From the NCBI GenBank assembly GCA_018813785.1, contig JAHJAU010000081.1:1-59687 (forward strand): DNA of 59,687 nucleotides, read 5' to 3'. The notes beneath the pieces are model-generated. The model had not been told where the DNA came from and made no database searches. It was given only the letters and a program-made list of their open reading frames with translations. Numbering within the stretch: the first letter of the stretch is position 1; each line of letters begins with the position of its first letter. This DNA comes from Patescibacteria group bacterium (GTDB lineage Bacteria > Patescibacteriota > Patescibacteriia > SG8-24). Below are positions 46,802-55,652 of the stretch, one piece after another. The position numbers and the translations under genes were made by a program.

Positions 46802-48187
46802 TTAAACGTCTTTGGCTATATTCGCCTCTTTCAAGCGACTTGGCGGCAGATCAGATGGAGCACCCATCAACGGACAACGGGCGTCACCGGTTTTAGGGAA
46901 TGGAATAATCTCGCGAATGTTAGGTTCGCCTGCCAAGAGCATTACCAAACGATCGATACCTGGCGCCATGCCGCCATGCGGTGGAGCACCATACTCAAAC
47001 GCTTCAAGCAGATGACCAAAACGTGAATTGATGGTCTCCTCCTCTAAACCAAGCATTCGAAAAATTTTATCCTGTAACTCGCGCTGATGGATGCGGATGG
47101 AACCAGATGACAATTCGTAACCGTTCAACACCAAATCGTATGTCCAACCACGTACTTTTAGCGGATCAGTGTCGAGTAATTCCATATCCTCTGGGTTGGG
47201 TCGGCAAAACGGATGATGTGCAGCCTGTAGTGTTCCGTTATCACCTTTCTCAAACAAAGGAAAATCAACTATCCAACAAAAAGCCAGCTCATTTGGATCG
47301 TTCTTATCCTGACGCAAATCGGGCTTATCTGAGCCATATTTCTCGATAGCTTCAGCATATGGAATACGCGGAAACGGCAATGTGGTTATACGTTTATCTG
47401 GTGTAATTGTTTTAACCATGTCAATCATCATGCGCTCATTTAACTCCAATATGTCTTCCTGTTCGACAAACGACATTTCTAAGTCAAGTTGAGTGAACTC
47501 CGGCTGACGATCACCGCGCTGATCCTCATCACGATAGCAACGAGCGATTTGAAAATAACGTTCCACGCCAGCCACCATAAGCAACTGTTTGAATTGCTGA
47601 GGTGATTGCGGTAGGACGTAAAACTTCCCCGAATGAATACGGGACGGGACAATAAATTCACGTGCACCTTCTGGTGTACCCTTGGTTAGCGTCGGTGTCT
47701 CCACTTCAATAAAACCCTCACCGCGCAACCACTCCCGAAAAAATCCAACTACTCGATCACGCAATAACAAGTTACGATGCAGGCGCTCACTTCGTAAATC
47801 CAAATAGCGATACTTTAAACGTAATTCCTCACCCACCGACATGGTGTCCTTATCTAATTCAAACGGCGGAGTCTTAGACTCATTTAAAATCTCCAGCTCT
47901 TCAGCCAACATCTCTACGCCACCAGTGATCATATTCGGGTTGCGCATTTTCTCTGGTCGCTCGTTAATCTGACCCTTAATCTGTACACAAAACTCTGGTC
48001 GGAGGGCATTGGCTTGCGTCAATAAATCCTTGTTGTTCGGTGCGAAAACAACCTGCAACAATCCCGTGCTGTCGCGCAAGTCAATAAAAATAATTTTGCC
48101 CATATCCCGGCGGGCATGAACCCAACCAGCCGCTGTTACTTTTTCTCCGATTTTTTTACCGGTTTCCGCAATGTAAATCTTTTTCAT
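46802..48187 (-). CDS. aspS: Aspartate--tRNA ligase, bacterial type but lacking the GAD insertion domain
   Basis: It has an OB N-domain and FQIARCYRDEDQRGDRQPEFTQLDLEMSF (motif 2 region). YGSDKPDLRQ is followed within about 15 aa by WIVDFPLFE, and GGMAPGIDR follows. It is 461 aa versus about 590 for typical bacterial AspRS. Confidence 0.9.
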   Translation of the reverse strand: MKKIYIAETGKKIGEKVTAAGWVHARRDMGKIIFIDLRDSTGLLQVVFAPNNKDLLTQANALRPEFCVQIKGQINERPEKMRNPNMITGGVEMLAEELEILNESKTPPFELDKDTMSVGEELRLKYRYLDLRSERLHRNLLLRDRVVGFFREWLRGEGFIEVETPTLTKGTPEGAREFIVPSRIHSGKFYVLPQSPQQFKQLLMVAGVERYFQIARCYRDEDQRGDRQPEFTQLDLEMSFVEQEDILELNERMMIDMVKTITPDKRITTLPFPRIPYAEAIEKYGSDKPDLRQDKNDPNELAFCWIVDFPLFEKGDNGTLQAAHHPFCRPNPEDMELLDTDPLKVRGWTYDLVLNGYELSSGSIRIHQRELQDKIFRMLGLEEETINSRFGHLLEAFEYGAPPHGGMAPGIDRLVMLLAGEPNIREIIPFPKTGDARCPLMGAPSDLPPSRLKEANIAKDV

Positions 48188-48217
48188 AAAAATGATTTCT
48201 GGACTGTCAGCTGACAG

Positions 48218-49402
48218 CTATCTTTTACTAACTATGCCTATATAATCAATTCCCAGGAAGTCTGCATCTGGATACTGACCAGATCGACGGGCTACACTAA
48301 CTATTTTACTGTCTTTAGCTGAAATTAGTTGTAATTCGTTATCACGATCAACTACCAAATTATTACTATCCGGTAACCAATCGAGCAGTCGACCAGAAAT
48401 TATTCTCCGTTCATGACCAGCAACTTCCAAGTCACTGACCCAAACATCAGCCTGACCATTCGATAAAGTATAAGCTACCTGCTTGGCGTTGGGTGATAAA
48501 CGTGGTTGGCCAAATGATAAATGTTCATCTGAATGTAGCTCCACACTATTACCACTAAGCAAGTCGACTAGATAAAGTGCCGAAGGGCCAGTGCCACAAT
48601 CTTCCAATCCTCGACATTCGTAGGTCGCTCCGACCAAACGACTGGCGGATATATCCAGATCAATATCGTACAATTTTAGTTCTCTAACGGCCAAGATCTC
48701 TTCGGTTTCGCCAGTCGTGGTATTTAGTCGCCATAGACCAGCCGTGGGTAAATCGCCCTCAGAAACTTTTTTTAAATAGAGATTATTCGATTGCTCATCC
48801 CAAACGACTGGTATAAAAGCATCCGATCCTAAATCATATTCCATCGGCAAACTGTCGCCTGCCATTATGATCACTCGACCAGACACCCAATCATAATAAG
48901 CAATTTTTTGACCAGTGGATGAAGGTAGGCCGTTCCAGATGATATCTTCGGTCTCATCTTCAGTGGAGCGCAGCTTGTTACCAGAAACATCTATCCAAGC
49001 TGCTTCAACTGGATCATTATCACGTCGGGCAAAAAGTAATGTGTCATTAGATACTTGTCGCATCCACGGCGTTCCCACACCAGAATCAATGCGCTTCCGT
49101 TCGATGCTGATAATACTCTCGCTGCGCAAAGCCGAACCATCCAAGGGATAACGGAAAAAATCATAGGCCACCGTATCGTCATTGGGCCATTCCTGAATTC
49201 CACGCGATAAAACACGATAGGAACGATAAACCAAATACTGACGATTAGCTGTGGTTCCACTGATGCCAATATCTTTCCCGGTGATGGGCGGTTTGATGAT
49301 GTTGGCTATATACCACCCTAAAAATAAAACGAAAAGCGTTAAGGCGGCAGCTAAAGCTACGCCAGGCAAAGTATAGTCTCGTTTTTTATCTTGTCTGATC
49401 AT
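48218..49402 (-). CDS. Membrane-anchored hypothetical protein, TolB/PD40-like beta-propeller suspected
   Basis: 394 aa with an N-terminal TM helix (VALAAALTLFVLFLGWYIANI). Later segments resemble PD40 blades (PRLSPNAKQVAYTLSNGQADVWVSDL). The fold call is weak. Confidence 0.6.
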   Translation of the reverse strand: MIRQDKKRDYTLPGVALAAALTLFVLFLGWYIANIIKPPITGKDIGISGTTANRQYLVYRSYRVLSRGIQEWPNDDTVAYDFFRYPLDGSALRSESIISIERKRIDSGVGTPWMRQVSNDTLLFARRDNDPVEAAWIDVSGNKLRSTEDETEDIIWNGLPSSTGQKIAYYDWVSGRVIIMAGDSLPMEYDLGSDAFIPVVWDEQSNNLYLKKVSEGDLPTAGLWRLNTTTGETEEILAVRELKLYDIDLDISASRLVGATYECRGLEDCGTGPSALYLVDLLSGNSVELHSDEHLSFGQPRLSPNAKQVAYTLSNGQADVWVSDLEVAGHERRIISGRLLDWLPDSNNLVVDRDNELQLISAKDSKIVSVARRSGQYPDADFLGIDYIGIVSKR

Positions 49403-49410
49403 TGAAATTT

Positions 49411-50703
49411 CTACGGGTTAATTCTATTGAGCAATCGCGGGAAGGGTATGGTTTCACGAACGTGTTCCAAGCCACAGATCCACGCCACCGTGCGCTCTAA
49501 CCCGATACCAAAACCGGCGTGCGGAACCGAACCATAACGACGCAAATCCATATACCAGCCAAAGGCCTCTTCTGGGAGTTTATGTTCGGAAATACGTTGT
49601 TTAAGTAGGCTCAGGTCGGAAACACGCTGAGACCCACCAATAATTTCGCCGTAGCCTTCTGGCGCCAACAAATCATTACATAGCGCATAAGTTGAGTCAG
49701 TTGGGTCTGGTTCCATATAAAACGCTTTGATGGCCGACGGATAATGATGAATGAAAACCGGTCGATCAAACTCTTTAGTTAAAATAGTTTCATCATCACC
49801 ACCTAAATCTTCACCGGCCTTAACATCAGATCCCAACTTCTGTAAACGTTCGATGGCTTCAGTATATGAAACCCGTGGGAAATTACCGGCGATGGTATTT
49901 TTCAAATGGGTTAAATCACGCCCCAGTTCAGTTAACTCGCACTCGTGTTGAGCCAGCACCTGTTGCACAGTAAATACAACCAAATCTTCCTGCAGCTGGA
50001 TGTTCTCCTCCCAATTCATATACGACGCCTCGGCTTCAAGCATCCAAAACTCAGTTAAATGACGACGTGTCTTTGATTTTTCGGAACGGAATGTCGGCCC
50101 AAAACAATAAGTTTTACCAAGCGCGGCACTGGTCGCCTCCTGATATAACTGACCGGATTGTGATAGATAGGCTTTGTCATCAAAATATTTCACCTCAAAA
50201 AGATCGGTTGTTCCTTCACAGGCACTTGGCGTAAAAATCGGCGAGTCGGCCAAGACAAAGCCACGCTGTCGCATAAAATCACGGAAAGCGAACTCAATGG
50301 TGTCACGAACACGCATAATGGAAGCTTGTCGCTCAGAACGAAGCCAAAGATGACGGTTGTTCAATAAAAAATCTGGACCATGCTCTTTCTTCCCGATTGG
50401 ATATTCCTCAGCAATTTGCACCGGCTCGACTTCTTCAATTGTAAGTTCGAAGCCACTTGGTGCACGCTCGTCAGTCCGCACTAATCCACGCACGATAACC
50501 GATGACTCAATCGTCAACTTTTGAATTAACGCCCAAACCTGTTCCCCAACTTCATTTTTAACTGCCACACCCTGAATTCGACCGGTTCCATCACGCAATT
50601 GTAAAAAGGCAATCTTTCCGGAAGATCGTAAATTATGACACCAGCCGCGAATCTCGACTTTTTGGCCTGACTTAGCGGAAATTTCAGCTATGTTTGTAGA
50701 CAT
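49411..50703 (-). CDS. asnS: Asparagine--tRNA ligase
   Basis: FRSEKSKTRRHLTEFWMLEAE and GGSQR...WYMDLRRYGSVPHAGFGIGLER are AsnRS-type signatures. 430 aa. Confidence 0.9.
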   Translation of the reverse strand: MSTNIAEISAKSGQKVEIRGWCHNLRSSGKIAFLQLRDGTGRIQGVAVKNEVGEQVWALIQKLTIESSVIVRGLVRTDERAPSGFELTIEEVEPVQIAEEYPIGKKEHGPDFLLNNRHLWLRSERQASIMRVRDTIEFAFRDFMRQRGFVLADSPIFTPSACEGTTDLFEVKYFDDKAYLSQSGQLYQEATSAALGKTYCFGPTFRSEKSKTRRHLTEFWMLEAEASYMNWEENIQLQEDLVVFTVQQVLAQHECELTELGRDLTHLKNTIAGNFPRVSYTEAIERLQKLGSDVKAGEDLGGDDETILTKEFDRPVFIHHYPSAIKAFYMEPDPTDSTYALCNDLLAPEGYGEIIGGSQRVSDLSLLKQRISEHKLPEEAFGWYMDLRRYGSVPHAGFGIGLERTVAWICGLEHVRETIPFPRLLNRINP

Positions 50704-50792
50704 ATTTTTAGTTCAATTTACCGCCTTATTTTGCCTAATTTGGCTTAAATATGCAATACGAAAAGCTGGAATTATCTAATTTAGCTCAAACC

Positions 50793-50818
50793 AAAAACGA
50801 CCCGTTTGGTCGTTTTTT
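50793..50818 (-). terminator. Rho-independent terminator after recO
   Basis: On the minus strand AACGACC-AAACG-GGTCGTT is followed by a T-run. It begins at the recO stop codon. Confidence 0.7.
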
Positions 50819-51572
50819 AAATTCGAACGGAGTTCATGTACCGCAACGGATCGAATTTAGCTTCAAGATGAGAAGTAAGAAGTATGTCAGTCAAAAAGGC
50901 GACTTGCTGACGAACGGGTAATTCAAGCCGAAGAGCTGGTATAACTTTCAATGACGTAGTGCGGATAAAACGCAAAACCTTAATAGTGTCACCAGATATT
51001 GTTATAGAGCTGCCACTACGACAATTCAGACACTCAATTCCGCCGCGCAATATATTCAAGGCATTGCCATCAAACTCAAAACACTGCCGACAGGAAACAC
51101 AAACATCCAGTTCTAAACCATGTCCCAGAATATCAAGCAGCTTTAATACCGCTGCATCAAAAATAATGGTTCTGGCCGACAAAACATCTTCAGATAAAGA
51201 AGCGACCACTTGCATAAAATCCTGTAGAAGCAAAAAAATTCGGGGTTCAGGATATTCTTGGCGTGTCAAACTATCTACAGCCAATAAAAATGATTGTGTT
51301 ATAGCGGAGCGTGGCAAAGATTCTAAAAGTTCACGATGTGGTTCCAATAGATTGGCGCCAGCCAATCGATCAAACACCTTGCCACGGGCCACCATAATTT
51401 CAACTACACCCAAAGCTGCCATGTGTGGTGACATTTTACTTCGGGTTCGGCGCAGACCTTTGGCCAGAAGTGTCACCTTGCCATGATCAGCCGTAAATAC
51501 CGTGTAATAACGGTCATGATCGTGCAAGCCGCGCATCCGTAACACAATTGCCTGATCTCGATAGGTAGCCAT
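50817..51572 (-). CDS. recO: DNA repair protein RecO
   Basis: It has an OB-fold N-terminus (AIVLRMRGLHDHDRYYTVFTADHGKVTLLAKG) and a CVSC...CLNC zinc motif. 251 aa. Confidence 0.88.
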   Translation of the reverse strand: MATYRDQAIVLRMRGLHDHDRYYTVFTADHGKVTLLAKGLRRTRSKMSPHMAALGVVEIMVARGKVFDRLAGANLLEPHRELLESLPRSAITQSFLLAVDSLTRQEYPEPRIFLLLQDFMQVVASLSEDVLSARTIIFDAAVLKLLDILGHGLELDVCVSCRQCFEFDGNALNILRGGIECLNCRSGSSITISGDTIKVLRFIRTTSLKVIPALRLELPVRQQVAFLTDILLTSHLEAKFDPLRYMNSVRI

Positions 51573-51682
51573 TCTAAAAAATAGTGATAATAAAATTTAT
51601 TCCTGCCTATCTGACTAAAAAATGTTGGGTAGGGGGCAAGCTTTGGCAGCTACATGGTTGAGATTCAAATTGAGAGTAGTTT

Positions 51683-52096
51683 TTACTGCAACCTTTCTAT
51701 ATATGTCTCTAACATCACTGCTGCTGCCACCGCATCTCGGTCAAATTTCTTCCGGGAGCTGGTTCCAAATTCGCGATGCATTCGATCAGCTATAACCGTA
51801 GTCAAACGCTCATCTTCAGCGCAGACTTCAAGTGGTGTTATTTGCTCTAATTCTTCGATAAAAACGCGAACCTTCTCAGCTGTTTCACCACCTTCGTGCC
51901 CGGCGAGCGACACAGGCAAACCAACTACAATCATTTCTGCGCCTTCTTCAATTGCCGCCTCGGCTACTCGTTGAGCTGCACCCTCGCCACCTTCAATTGT
52001 CTTTAGTGGTTCAACAAAAAATGGCGCCGTATCGCCGATAGCTAGACCAACTCTTTTGGTTCCGTAATCTACTCCAAGTAAACGCATAATCTTCAA
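51683..52096 (-). CDS. ruvX: Holliday-junction resolvase-like nuclease RuvX (YqgF)
   Basis: MRLLGVDYGTKRVGLAIGD N-terminus and the ...DERLTT... motif. It overlaps the map stop by 4 nt. Confidence 0.9.
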   Translation of the reverse strand: MKIMRLLGVDYGTKRVGLAIGDTAPFFVEPLKTIEGGEGAAQRVAEAAIEEGAEMIVVGLPVSLAGHEGGETAEKVRVFIEELEQITPLEVCAEDERLTTVIADRMHREFGTSSRKKFDRDAVAAAVMLETYIERLQ

Positions 52097-52875
52097 ACAT
52101 TGTCGGGTAAAGGAGTTACTCGCAGCGTACCGTCTTCGGTAATGGCTAATGTCTCTTCAAAATGAGCTGAACGACGACCATCGGCTGTGATGATTGTCCA
52201 GCCGTCAGACATCAGGCGCACCGCATCCACACCTGCATTAATCATGGGCTCAATAGCAAAAGTCATACCCGGTATAAACTTAACTGGAGACAATGATGGA
52301 TCAAAATAATTTGGGATGCGCGGATCTTCGTGTACTTCTCGACCAACACCATGCCCAACCAAATCCTTCACGGTTGAAAAACCATGTCGCTGCACGTGCT
52401 TATCGATGGCCCGACCAACGTCGCTTACCCAACCGCCGGCCACTGATTTGCGAATACCAATCGCTAAAGCTTCTTTGGTAACCTGGATTAACTTTTTTGT
52501 CTCAGTATCTACCTCCCCCACTATAATAGTGGCGGCCATGTCAGTGCACATACCAGCCAACCACATACCCATATCAATTTTTAAAATATCACCCGACTTC
52601 AATTTGCGTCCAGGTGTGGCGGGTGCGTGTACTACCTCTTGATTGATACAAGTACAAAGCGCGGAAGAGAATGGCGGATCACCCGGATCAGATTGATAAT
52701 CCTTGAAAGAGGGTCCATCGCCCTCAGCTCGCATTCGCCGTTCAGCCAATGCGTCTAGCTCGTCAGTGGTGATGCCTGGCTCAACCATATCAGCCAGCTC
52801 ATGCATAATATCTGCCAAAATTGCCCCACCTTCGCGCAGTGCTTCAATCTCAATTTTTGTCTTAAGTAAAATCAT
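52093..52875 (-). CDS. map: Methionine aminopeptidase type I
   Basis: The pita-bread metal ligand pattern is present (GDILKIDMG, HGVGREVHE, FAIEPM, FEET). 260 aa. Confidence 0.93.
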   Translation of the reverse strand: MILLKTKIEIEALREGGAILADIMHELADMVEPGITTDELDALAERRMRAEGDGPSFKDYQSDPGDPPFSSALCTCINQEVVHAPATPGRKLKSGDILKIDMGMWLAGMCTDMAATIIVGEVDTETKKLIQVTKEALAIGIRKSVAGGWVSDVGRAIDKHVQRHGFSTVKDLVGHGVGREVHEDPRIPNYFDPSLSPVKFIPGMTFAIEPMINAGVDAVRLMSDGWTIITADGRRSAHFEETLAITEDGTLRVTPLPDNV

Positions 52876-53024
52876 GCGGTCAGTTTAGGGAAAAGATTGG
52901 TTGGGGGCAAGCGACAAAAAATCTGGCGGCATTGTTTAAATAAATCTCCAATTATTCTGATGAAAAAATTAATAAAAAAAACCGCTTAAGTTAGCGGTTA
53001 TTTTGCGTAGTTGAATCAAGCTTA

Positions 53025-53636
53025 CTAACCAGAAAATTTGGAACTGTGCCGAAGAATGAATGACTTGATCCACTGCTCGAACTCAGCCAATGTACCATCG
53101 TTGCAATAAAGATTTTCCGGATCAACTAAGGCCAGACAGCGATCAACCTGTTGGCCAGCAATAGGCTGACCAATACCGCGATCACGATCATCCATCTTCA
53201 AAAAACCCTCAAGTTCAGCCGGGTCGCCACCTTGCTGACGCTTCATAGCACGTTGATAACGCAACCAGGTTGGTGCAGTGATACCAACTAAAACGAAACG
53301 CGAACTAACCAGTCGTTGCAACGTTTCAATTTCACCCGGATTGCGCAAGCCATTAATGGCTGTCTGCCGATTATTTTCCTGGGCTTGCATCTCAAGCAGG
53401 CGTCCGGCCCAATAACCATTGTCACCGGAATGCTTCCGTCCCCAATCACCCACATCCATGAGTTGTTCCACGGACGGATCGGTGATGCCTCGACTGGCAC
53501 ACTCCTCACGAACCGCATCTGAAACACGACGCACGTTAAAACCATGCGTTTTTAAAACCCGCGATAATTCATCCTTGCCGCCGGCTTTCAAACCGGTGAT
53601 ACCGACCACTAGATCAAAATTGTCTATCAGACTCAT
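53025..53636 (-). CDS. P-loop nucleotide kinase-like protein (dephospho-CoA-kinase-like / archaeal UPF0200-like)
   Basis: It has a VVGITGLKAGGKD P-loop, INGLRNPGEIETL, and MDDRDRGIG with a late NDGTLAEF. The layout resembles UPF0200/CoaE-like small kinases. I chose ATG 53636 (MSLIDNF). The ORF is open to 53669. Confidence 0.65.
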   Translation of the reverse strand: MSLIDNFDLVVGITGLKAGGKDELSRVLKTHGFNVRRVSDAVREECASRGITDPSVEQLMDVGDWGRKHSGDNGYWAGRLLEMQAQENNRQTAINGLRNPGEIETLQRLVSSRFVLVGITAPTWLRYQRAMKRQQGGDPAELEGFLKMDDRDRGIGQPIAGQQVDRCLALVDPENLYCNDGTLAEFEQWIKSFILRHSSKFSG

Positions 53637-53719
53637 GTTGCCTCCAGGATAATTAAAAGATCCTATCAATAATTAACCCGATTTGGGACCTAATTTCAAA
53701 TGCTTGAAATTAGACTGAT

Positions 53720-54376
53720 TTAGATACCAATGGCCGCGACTATCGCTGTCTCGACATTGATAATTGATTGCTCTCCTTCAACCTCGCGCAATACTCCAGC
53801 CCGGCGATAAAACTCAATCAGTGGAGCTGTTTCAGAATGATACACCTCAAGACGATGCTTAATTGTATCAACTGTATCATCATCACGTTGCATCAAATCA
53901 TTTCCACAACGATCACATTTATTCGGATCTTTCTGCGGTGGATTGAACTCAACATGATAACTAGCTTCACATTTTTTATTCGAACAGACTCGACGACCAG
54001 ATAAACGCCGCATCGCTTCTTCGTCAGAAATACGAATAAATACCACATCAGTTAATACTCGACCAGCATCTTCTAAAATCTTGGTTAACGATTCGGCTTG
54101 CCCGATATTTCGCGGATAACCATCGAGAATGAAACCACGCAAAGCATCATCTTCAGCGATGCGCTCACTAATGGCTTGGTCGACAATGGCCGGTGGAATC
54201 AATTCCCCAGCTTCAACATATTTAGCGATTTCGAGACCTAAACCAGTTCGACGTTCGATTTCCGCTCGAAAAAGATTTCCGGTGGAAACCGCAGGAATAC
54301 CTAAACGAGATGATAATAATTCAGCTTGAGTACCTTTACCCGAACCCTGAATGCCGAGCATGATGATATTGTACAT
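53720..54376 (-). CDS. adk: Adenylate kinase (zinc-lid type)
   Basis: It has a GIQGSGKGTQA P-loop, GFILDGYPRN, and a Cys4 lid (CSNKKC...CDRCGNDL). Confidence 0.95.
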   Translation of the reverse strand: MYNIIMLGIQGSGKGTQAELLSSRLGIPAVSTGNLFRAEIERRTGLGLEIAKYVEAGELIPPAIVDQAISERIAEDDALRGFILDGYPRNIGQAESLTKILEDAGRVLTDVVFIRISDEEAMRRLSGRRVCSNKKCEASYHVEFNPPQKDPNKCDRCGNDLMQRDDDTVDTIKHRLEVYHSETAPLIEFYRRAGVLREVEGEQSIINVETAIVAAIGI

Positions 54377-54390
54377 AGACTCTCGATAAG

Positions 54391-55266
54391 TTAACGAATG
54401 AATAATGCAAAGGCGTAACCAACGATTAAACCAGCTACAATGGGTGGCAGTGCCGGCATGGGTCGACGCAGCTTCTGCTTCAGAAATAAAACGTTCATGA
54501 ACAAAAATCCGACCACTGCCCCAATAACCACCGGCATAGCTGACCTGATTCCTTGAGTTGAAACAACGGAAACTAAAAACAAGACAGGGAGAACTAGATC
54601 ACCAGTGCCCAAAAAAGCATAATCCGGCCGAATACTAACCTTAGAAATTCGGCTCATTAAATTTGCCGGATTAACCGGAAGAATCATGGCAAAAAAAACT
54701 TTTCGCCGCAATAAAGATCGGGCTAATTTTATCATGTGCTTGGTAAAATAAACGGCGATCACATCATAAATGCTTAACAAAACCAAAATAACCAATAAAA
54801 CGACCGGATTAAAACCTGATCCGATAGCGGCTGCCACCCCCGATAAACCAAAAGACACAATTAAATTAAAAACTATAACCGGAGGATTGGTGTAATAAAT
54901 AAATGCACCAACACAAAATATCAACACACCAACCGAAGGGCCAAAGAAGGCATCAGCGATCGAACTGGCACCAACCAAAATAGCCACAGCAAAAAGCGCT
55001 CCCAATAATTTACTTCCGCGAGTTGATCTAACCAAAAACAAAACGAATAAAGTCATCGCGAAAAAGACTACTAAAAAATTTAAAGATGAAAATGACCCCC
55101 GGCTGATTCCGTTGATTCCATTAATCATTGGATCAATTCGGCTAGCAGTGGCGATAGACAAAAAACTTATTAGAAGTAAATAAAACACTCCTTGAATAAC
55201 TATAAAAACCGAGTTTTTATTTTTAATCTTTTGACTTATGGTGGATGGTTCTTGGTTGGCAGACAT
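54391..55266 (-). CDS. Presenilin / signal-peptide-peptidase-like intramembrane aspartyl protease
   Basis: 291 aa with about 8-9 TM segments. All three family signatures are present in the right order: SIYD(168)VIAVYFTKHMIKLA, FLGTGD(223)LVLP, and P(271)ALPP near the C-terminus. Confidence 0.8.
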   Translation of the reverse strand: MSANQEPSTISQKIKNKNSVFIVIQGVFYLLLISFLSIATASRIDPMINGINGISRGSFSSLNFLVVFFAMTLFVLFLVRSTRGSKLLGALFAVAILVGASSIADAFFGPSVGVLIFCVGAFIYYTNPPVIVFNLIVSFGLSGVAAAIGSGFNPVVLLVILVLLSIYDVIAVYFTKHMIKLARSLLRRKVFFAMILPVNPANLMSRISKVSIRPDYAFLGTGDLVLPVLFLVSVVSTQGIRSAMPVVIGAVVGFLFMNVLFLKQKLRRPMPALPPIVAGLIVGYAFALFIR

Positions 55267-55437
55267 GATAAAGATGAAAAAATATAGAAAAATGTGAGGG
55301 CTCTCCCATCAGGTGAATCCGAATATCGGAATATTCAGAATATAAAGAGTTACTATAGTGACCGGAATTAGATATTCGACCAAATCCTACCTGCCTCGCA
55401 TTATCCGACCTTTAGCTTTCCTCAGTATACCAAAAAA

Positions 55438-55461
55438 GACGGCTTTTCAGCCGACCTTTTT
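55438..55461. terminator. Short bidirectional terminator-like hairpin
   Basis: An A6 run, CGGCT (55440-55444) / AGCCG (55449-55453), then a T5 run. On the minus strand it follows the repeat-containing spacer downstream of secY. Confidence 0.45.
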
Positions 55462-55483
55462 ATTTACTAGCTAATTGATGTTT

Positions 55484-55513
55484 GCAGGAAGCGACATGCA
55501 GATCGCTCAGCCT
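55484..55513. repeat. 30-nt direct repeat, copy 1 (GCAGGAAGCGACATGCAGATCGCTCAGCCT)
   Basis: Identical 30-mer at 55611-55640. Internal segments are complementary to 55534-55541, 55552-55558 and 55597-55606. Confidence 0.9.
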
Positions 55514-55610
55514 AAGAAGATCTGGCCAATTTCAGGCTGAGATGAGCTGTGTGTCGCTGGACTAAGTGAGAGCGTGAAGCGCACTGGTGTGGTGCGCTGA
55601 GCGATCGAAC

Positions 55611-55640
55611 GCAGGAAGCGACATGCAGATCGCTCAGCCT
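55611..55640. repeat. 30-nt direct repeat, copy 2
   Basis: Perfect copy of 55484-55513, 127 bp downstream. It ends 12 nt from the secY stop codon. Confidence 0.9.
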
Positions 55641-55652
55641 GGAATTGGCTCC

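Noticed and set aside
50959-51486. 175-aa plus-strand ORF antisense to recO, together with similar antisense ORFs (57805-58401 over rpsE/rplR; 5271-5708 and 5757-6026 over ftsZ; 28989-29735 over der)
   Set aside because: Each is embedded opposite a confidently identified conserved gene and translates to Ser/Arg/Pro-rich sequence with no motifs.
55484-55640. Two identical 30-mers separated by 97 bp, considered as a minimal CRISPR array
   Set aside because: There are only two copies and no cas genes. The intervening sequence is extensively complementary to the repeats themselves, which fits a structured RNA element or small repeat element rather than a repeat-spacer array.
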